From Mayamaea pseudoterrestris (Eukaryota): a DNA stretch of 64,000 nucleotides. Below the pieces are notes generated by a model. That model had not been told where the DNA came from, ran no database searches, and was given only the letters and a program-made list of their open reading frames with translations. The position numbers and the translations under genes were made by a program. Where the stretch lies: NCBI GenBank assembly GCA_027923505.1, contig BROI01000005.1:558001-622000 (forward strand), given 5' to 3'. Below are positions 59,865 to 64,000 of the stretch, piece after piece. Within the stretch, counting starts at the first letter, position 1; every line of letters starts with the position of its first letter.

Positions 59865-60189
59865 GAGTTGGACTACGGTGGATGGATAATTTTTAAAAGC
59901 GGATCGCCGCTTTGGAATGACAAAAACATGTTTCCGATAATTCGCCTCTCGGGCTTACTAATGTTTGTGACGGCTGGCGAACCTCCTTCTGCAATATGTT
60001 GTGCCGTCACATGTTGAACCTTCGCTTAAATGCGGTTTTTCTATATAAGATACTAAAGACAGCTAAGTAAAGTCGAGATCATATGTTTAGCTTGTACAGC
60101 TTTCGCATGATATATCCGTCAACTTTTGTTTGGATATGACTATTACATGTCATCGCGAGAACCAGACCATTCTCAAGCTCCAACACTTT

Positions 60190-61167
60190 CTAACGCGATA
60201 ACAAAATACCAGAGGCAAGCAGCAAGCAAAAGAGTAGTTGCACTTTTGCTGCGCCGCCAACATGCTTGTTGAGTGCAGCCCCGTCGCTATGGTAGACTGC
60301 CTTGGCTTCCTGTACTGCCAATGGAAAGCTCAGCAGCGGCAGTAGACTTGTCAATGACTGCGTACGATTCACAAATTCCACCAAGACGAGCGCGTAACTT
60401 GTCAGCATGCATACTCGATACTCGAGCAGCGAAAAGGCTCGGCCAAACCGAACCGACGTGGTTCGCTTGTCGACGCGAGCATCCGAGTGCCGATCGCGTA
60501 AGTTGTTGACAACAATTATATTTGTTGCAAGCAGCCCAACCTGAGTAGCATACAGTATTTGCCATACCCAGTCTATTTTCAGCGACTTTTGTAGCGACAT
60601 GGCGTAGGGAATTGTCAAAGTTGCGGCAAGTCCAAAGTATAGCATGACAAACACTTCTCCAAGCCCAGCGTATGCAATGCTCCAATTGCCAAGCAGCCAT
60701 CCCAACGGATATGGTCCTCCAGTGTATGCAATGGCACAAAAGATGCTAGACAAATTGATCATCCATAGCGTCAAGTCGCTCAATGATCCAGTCGCAAGAA
60801 GCATCAAGATTATTCCACAAACCAACGTGACACTCAACGTGCCCATTGCCGCCAGCATGGTGGTTTGCGGCGAGATCCATCCTTGCGCCGTCGCTCTAGC
60901 TTGTCCAACCCGCTGCTTTGGGTCATCGGCTCCCTGCCAAAAGTCGGCGTAGTCGTTGTGTAAGTTTGTTCCAATTTGAATCGAAAGACAAAAGAGCGTC
61001 CAAGCTAGTTGGATCGACCATGGTGGGCGATTGGCGGCGTATGCGACAATGCATGGAGCGAGTGATGCAGTAAGTGTATGTGGACGAGCAGCAGTCACCC
61101 AAATGTCAAGCGTTGAAGGTCGAGGAGATGCTTGAGCAGACGAGATGGTGGATGTTGCCGCCGCCAT
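60190..61167 (-). CDS. menA: 1,4-dihydroxy-2-naphthoate prenyltransferase (UbiA family)
   Basis: ARPHTLTAS, QIGTNLHNDYADF..GAD, YTGGPYPL, NNLRD..SD....KRT. Confidence 0.92.
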   Translation of the reverse strand: MAAATSTISSAQASPRPSTLDIWVTAARPHTLTASLAPCIVAYAANRPPWSIQLAWTLFCLSIQIGTNLHNDYADFWQGADDPKQRVGQARATAQGWISPQTTMLAAMGTLSVTLVCGIILMLLATGSLSDLTLWMINLSSIFCAIAYTGGPYPLGWLLGNWSIAYAGLGEVFVMLYFGLAATLTIPYAMSLQKSLKIDWVWQILYATQVGLLATNIIVVNNLRDRHSDARVDKRTTSVRFGRAFSLLEYRVCMLTSYALVLVEFVNRTQSLTSLLPLLSFPLAVQEAKAVYHSDGAALNKHVGGAAKVQLLFCLLLASGILLSR

Positions 61168-61447
61168 GGTGAATAAGTGTGTGACGGCGCAAACGGATGA
61201 TATTCCGCCGCGCCGATGACGTCGCAGCGAGTACCGGACGACATAAGAACCACTCCGACACGATCTTTGATGGGGAAATTCCTTCGCGGCGCGCCCAATG
61301 ATGGGAGTCGCAACTGGCGCGTGAAAGCATGAATCCAAACAACACTTCCACGTTTCCACGTTGCCGTGGATATAAAAACCTTTTGATCACTAGTGGTGCC
61401 TGCAAGGTTTGACTCTATCGATCACTCTCCATTAGCAGTGTAGCATC

Positions 61448-62998
61448 ATGTTTGTCTACCAAGTCACGCCAGTCTCACGGTTCAAAAAACTGCTGCGACG
61501 TGCCGTCTTTAAAAGGAAGGAGAAAGCGCAGGCTCCTGCGGCTCAGCCTCATGCCTTCTCCGATCCTACACTCCAAGCTACTCTTCAGCAGCCGATTGAT
61601 GCGGCTGCTGCTAATGCGGCTGCTGCCGCGAATGATGATACAGCAGCTACAGGCGACGATGTTGACGTTCTCGTTGACTTGGCGCAAGCGGATGAAGTTC
61701 GCCTCATCATCAATGAGCAGTTGGAGAGTCAAATGATGGATACCAAGCAAGGAAAGGCAGTCAAGTTTGTCCAGGCCGTCTTGGATCTTCACGAGTCGCT
61801 CAAGGCGACGGATCCGATTGCTGCGTCTGAGATTCATGCAGTCGCCAAGGACGAAATGGTTTGGTTCGTCGAGCGCATGCTACTCAAGCGAGACGAGTTT
61901 CAAGCGGCTGGTATGAGTACAGCTTTGGATTGCGGATACCATTGGACCCGAGCCGAGAATTTGGAAAAGATTCAAACGGACGGCTTGTTGAGCAAGAAGG
62001 AACGGACCGAGCGGAAGATTGAGTCTCATTACAATGGATCGCAGTATGGCGATGGTATCTACACCTGCGACGATGGGCTTTCGTACCGCAACACGTACGG
62101 ACCGGTATGCTTGCTCGTTGCGCGACTCAAGGGAGCCACTGACACTGTCGTTTCAAACGCTACCTATGCGGCGGGAAGGCTCGTTGTGTTGCGCACGTGC
62201 GAGCAATGTGTTCCGATTCTACAGTTTACGCTGGAGCCGAATGCCCTCATTCACAAGTATCACGACGATATTCAAGCTTTGATTGACCAGTTTTTCAACG
62301 TTGACTGTGTTGCGGCGCCTGTCGCTGTTTCGCGTAACAAGACTTTATATTACACTGCGCCGGACGTGTTTGACGCTGGCGCCTTGGCAAAGATTACGAG
62401 CATTTCGGCCAAGAAAATCTGCGCGACGGACGATTGCTGCGTCATTTGCCATGAGCTGCTCGAGTCCCAACAAGTTGGTCAGCTCCAGGGATGTGGACAT
62501 TGCCAGTTCCACTATGAGTGCATTGTCGAGGCAGTTGGCCACTCGAGCCGCTGTCCCTTGTGCTCCAAGAACCTTGTGGAACCCCAAGGCACAATGCCAA
62601 CGGGAGAGATGCGTATCACGATTCAGTCTACTTTGACCTGCGGAGGATATGCTCTTGGTACTATCCAGATTGATTACATTTTGGAAAGTGGCGTCCAAAA
62701 GGTATATCACGCCAGCCCAGGAGTTGCGTTTGAAGGAACGCGACGCACAGCCTTTTTGCCTGACAATATTGAAGGCCAGCTCTTGTTGAAGCGTCTCGAA
62801 TATGCGTTTCTCCATGGACTCACGTTTACGGTCGGCACTTCACTGACGACGGGCAAGACGAACAGCATTGTTTGGGCTTCGATTCATCACAAGACGGCAC
62901 CCCTGGGCGGTTCTTTTGGCTTTCCCGACCCGAACTATTTCTGGAACTGCAACGAAGAGCTTGATCACTTGGGTGTGCCTTCCGCTCTGTATTTGTAG
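61448..62998 (+). CDS. Deltex-type E3 ubiquitin ligase (RING-H2 + DTC) with an N-terminal ART/PARP-like domain
   Basis: CVIC...CGH..FH..C...CPLC, GTMPTG.M, R.AFLPDN.EG, IVWASIHHKT, GFPDPNY. Upstream GYHWT...GLL...YGDGIY. Confidence 0.85.
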   Translation: MFVYQVTPVSRFKKLLRRAVFKRKEKAQAPAAQPHAFSDPTLQATLQQPIDAAAANAAAAANDDTAATGDDVDVLVDLAQADEVRLIINEQLESQMMDTKQGKAVKFVQAVLDLHESLKATDPIAASEIHAVAKDEMVWFVERMLLKRDEFQAAGMSTALDCGYHWTRAENLEKIQTDGLLSKKERTERKIESHYNGSQYGDGIYTCDDGLSYRNTYGPVCLLVARLKGATDTVVSNATYAAGRLVVLRTCEQCVPILQFTLEPNALIHKYHDDIQALIDQFFNVDCVAAPVAVSRNKTLYYTAPDVFDAGALAKITSISAKKICATDDCCVICHELLESQQVGQLQGCGHCQFHYECIVEAVGHSSRCPLCSKNLVEPQGTMPTGEMRITIQSTLTCGGYALGTIQIDYILESGVQKVYHASPGVAFEGTRRTAFLPDNIEGQLLLKRLEYAFLHGLTFTVGTSLTTGKTNSIVWASIHHKTAPLGGSFGFPDPNYFWNCNEELDHLGVPSALYL

Positions 62999-63370
62999 AC
63001 TTGCTGCAAATCTTTCGTGCTGAATGCGGATAGTACAGTTTATTGCTGCCTGAAATTGTGTATTTTGATAGCGTCGACAAATGTTGCATTCTTATAGAAT
63101 CAGACTTTCGATACAACTAAATTGCCTATGCCACGAACTATAGCATCATTAATCTTGGATACCATATTCCCATATATATTGTCGTTTGCATAGGCGAGAT
63201 TCGTTTAAGGATTTGGCGAGCGTTTCATTTAGCTACGTGCAACTCGTCTAGCCTGAACCTTAACGATCACGGTTTCCCGCAAAAATTTGAGCGAGCGAAA
63301 CCGACCTGCTTGCTTTCGCCATGGTTCACGACCGGACGCACATTCTGCGTTTGTCCGTTCACACTCCACC

Positions 63371-64000
63371 ATGATGCAGCATCTACAGGACTGTGTAGCG
63401 TCTTTCATTGACAGTGTGGAGCATCTGTTTGCGGAGACGCTCTACGTTGGATTTGTCATGTTTGTCGCGTGGAAACAGCTCCTTCGTCTTGGATTGTTCG
63501 TATTGAACCGTTTGCGAGACATGAGTGATACGACTGTTCCCAACGATCATGGCGATGGTAAACAGAACGTAAATAGTGATGAAGACAATGAAGAGCAGGA
63601 AGTAGATGAAAGAGACCGCGAAGCAGAAGTAGCGCAGCAACTGGAGGATGACCGCTTATTTGCCGAATCCTTGCAAGCAAAATTCGAGAACGAGAGCAAG
63701 ATGGAAGCGGAAAAACTAATGTTTTGCTCACCAAAGGGAAAGGCATGGAAATTTGTGGATGCTGTTATTCAGCTGCACAATTCATGTGAGCAGTACAATC
63801 TTCAACAGACTTCTGGTGTTCCCACGGGTGTCACGACTGTTGCTATCGACGACTTGGTATTTCTTGTCGTGCGAATGCTTGCCAAGCAGAAGGAGTTCAA
63901 GTCTTTGAGTATTTGCAGCCATGTGGACATTGGTTTCCATTGGACTAGGCACGAAAACATGAAGCGCATAAGAACCGACGGGCTTTTGACTTTCAAGGAA
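63371..64000 (+). CDS. Paralog of the preceding gene's N-terminal ART-like region, cut by the window end
   Basis: Open frame from ATG 63371: GKAWKFVDAV...DDLVFLVVRMLAKQKEF...DIGFHWTRHENMKRIRTDGLL. Confidence 0.8.
   Translation, partial: MMQHLQDCVASFIDSVEHLFAETLYVGFVMFVAWKQLLRLGLFVLNRLRDMSDTTVPNDHGDGKQNVNSDEDNEEQEVDERDREAEVAQQLEDDRLFAESLQAKFENESKMEAEKLMFCSPKGKAWKFVDAVIQLHNSCEQYNLQQTSGVPTGVTTVAIDDLVFLVVRMLAKQKEFKSLSICSHVDIGFHWTRHENMKRIRTDGLLTFKE

Overview
Eukaryotic nuclear DNA, most likely from a pennate diatom. This rests on CoDi-type Ty1/copia elements, short GT-AG introns, signal-peptide/plastid presequences and PebA-like genes. Bases 1-32,000 are a nested retrotransposon cluster. It holds four Ty1/copia elements: A (3' end only) is inserted in B; C is full length at 8438-15521; D is full length at 24169-31960. 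It also holds decayed orphan ORFs and two short non-coding LTR elements (TRIMs) at 17709-18290 and 28770-29445. Bases 32,000-64,000 are gene-dense host sequence: sulfite oxidase, two M50 proteases, MscS, LtrA-like, MsrB-like, FKBP-TPR, Mpv17, two PebA-like bilin reductases, LSM8, a SET protein, bestrophin, MenA and ART-like/Deltex proteins. Main observation: each TRIM LTR carries a ~50-nt tRNA mimic with no anticodon arm (acceptor stem, T-arm with GGTTCGATTCC, discriminator A, TTTT terminator). Its 3' end plus CCA is complementary to the primer-binding site of the same element. The 5' acceptor strand, 3' acceptor strand and PBS co-vary between the two diverged TRIMs. This suggests retroelements that encode their own tRNA-like reverse-transcription primer. 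All calls were made by eye; no database searches were run.
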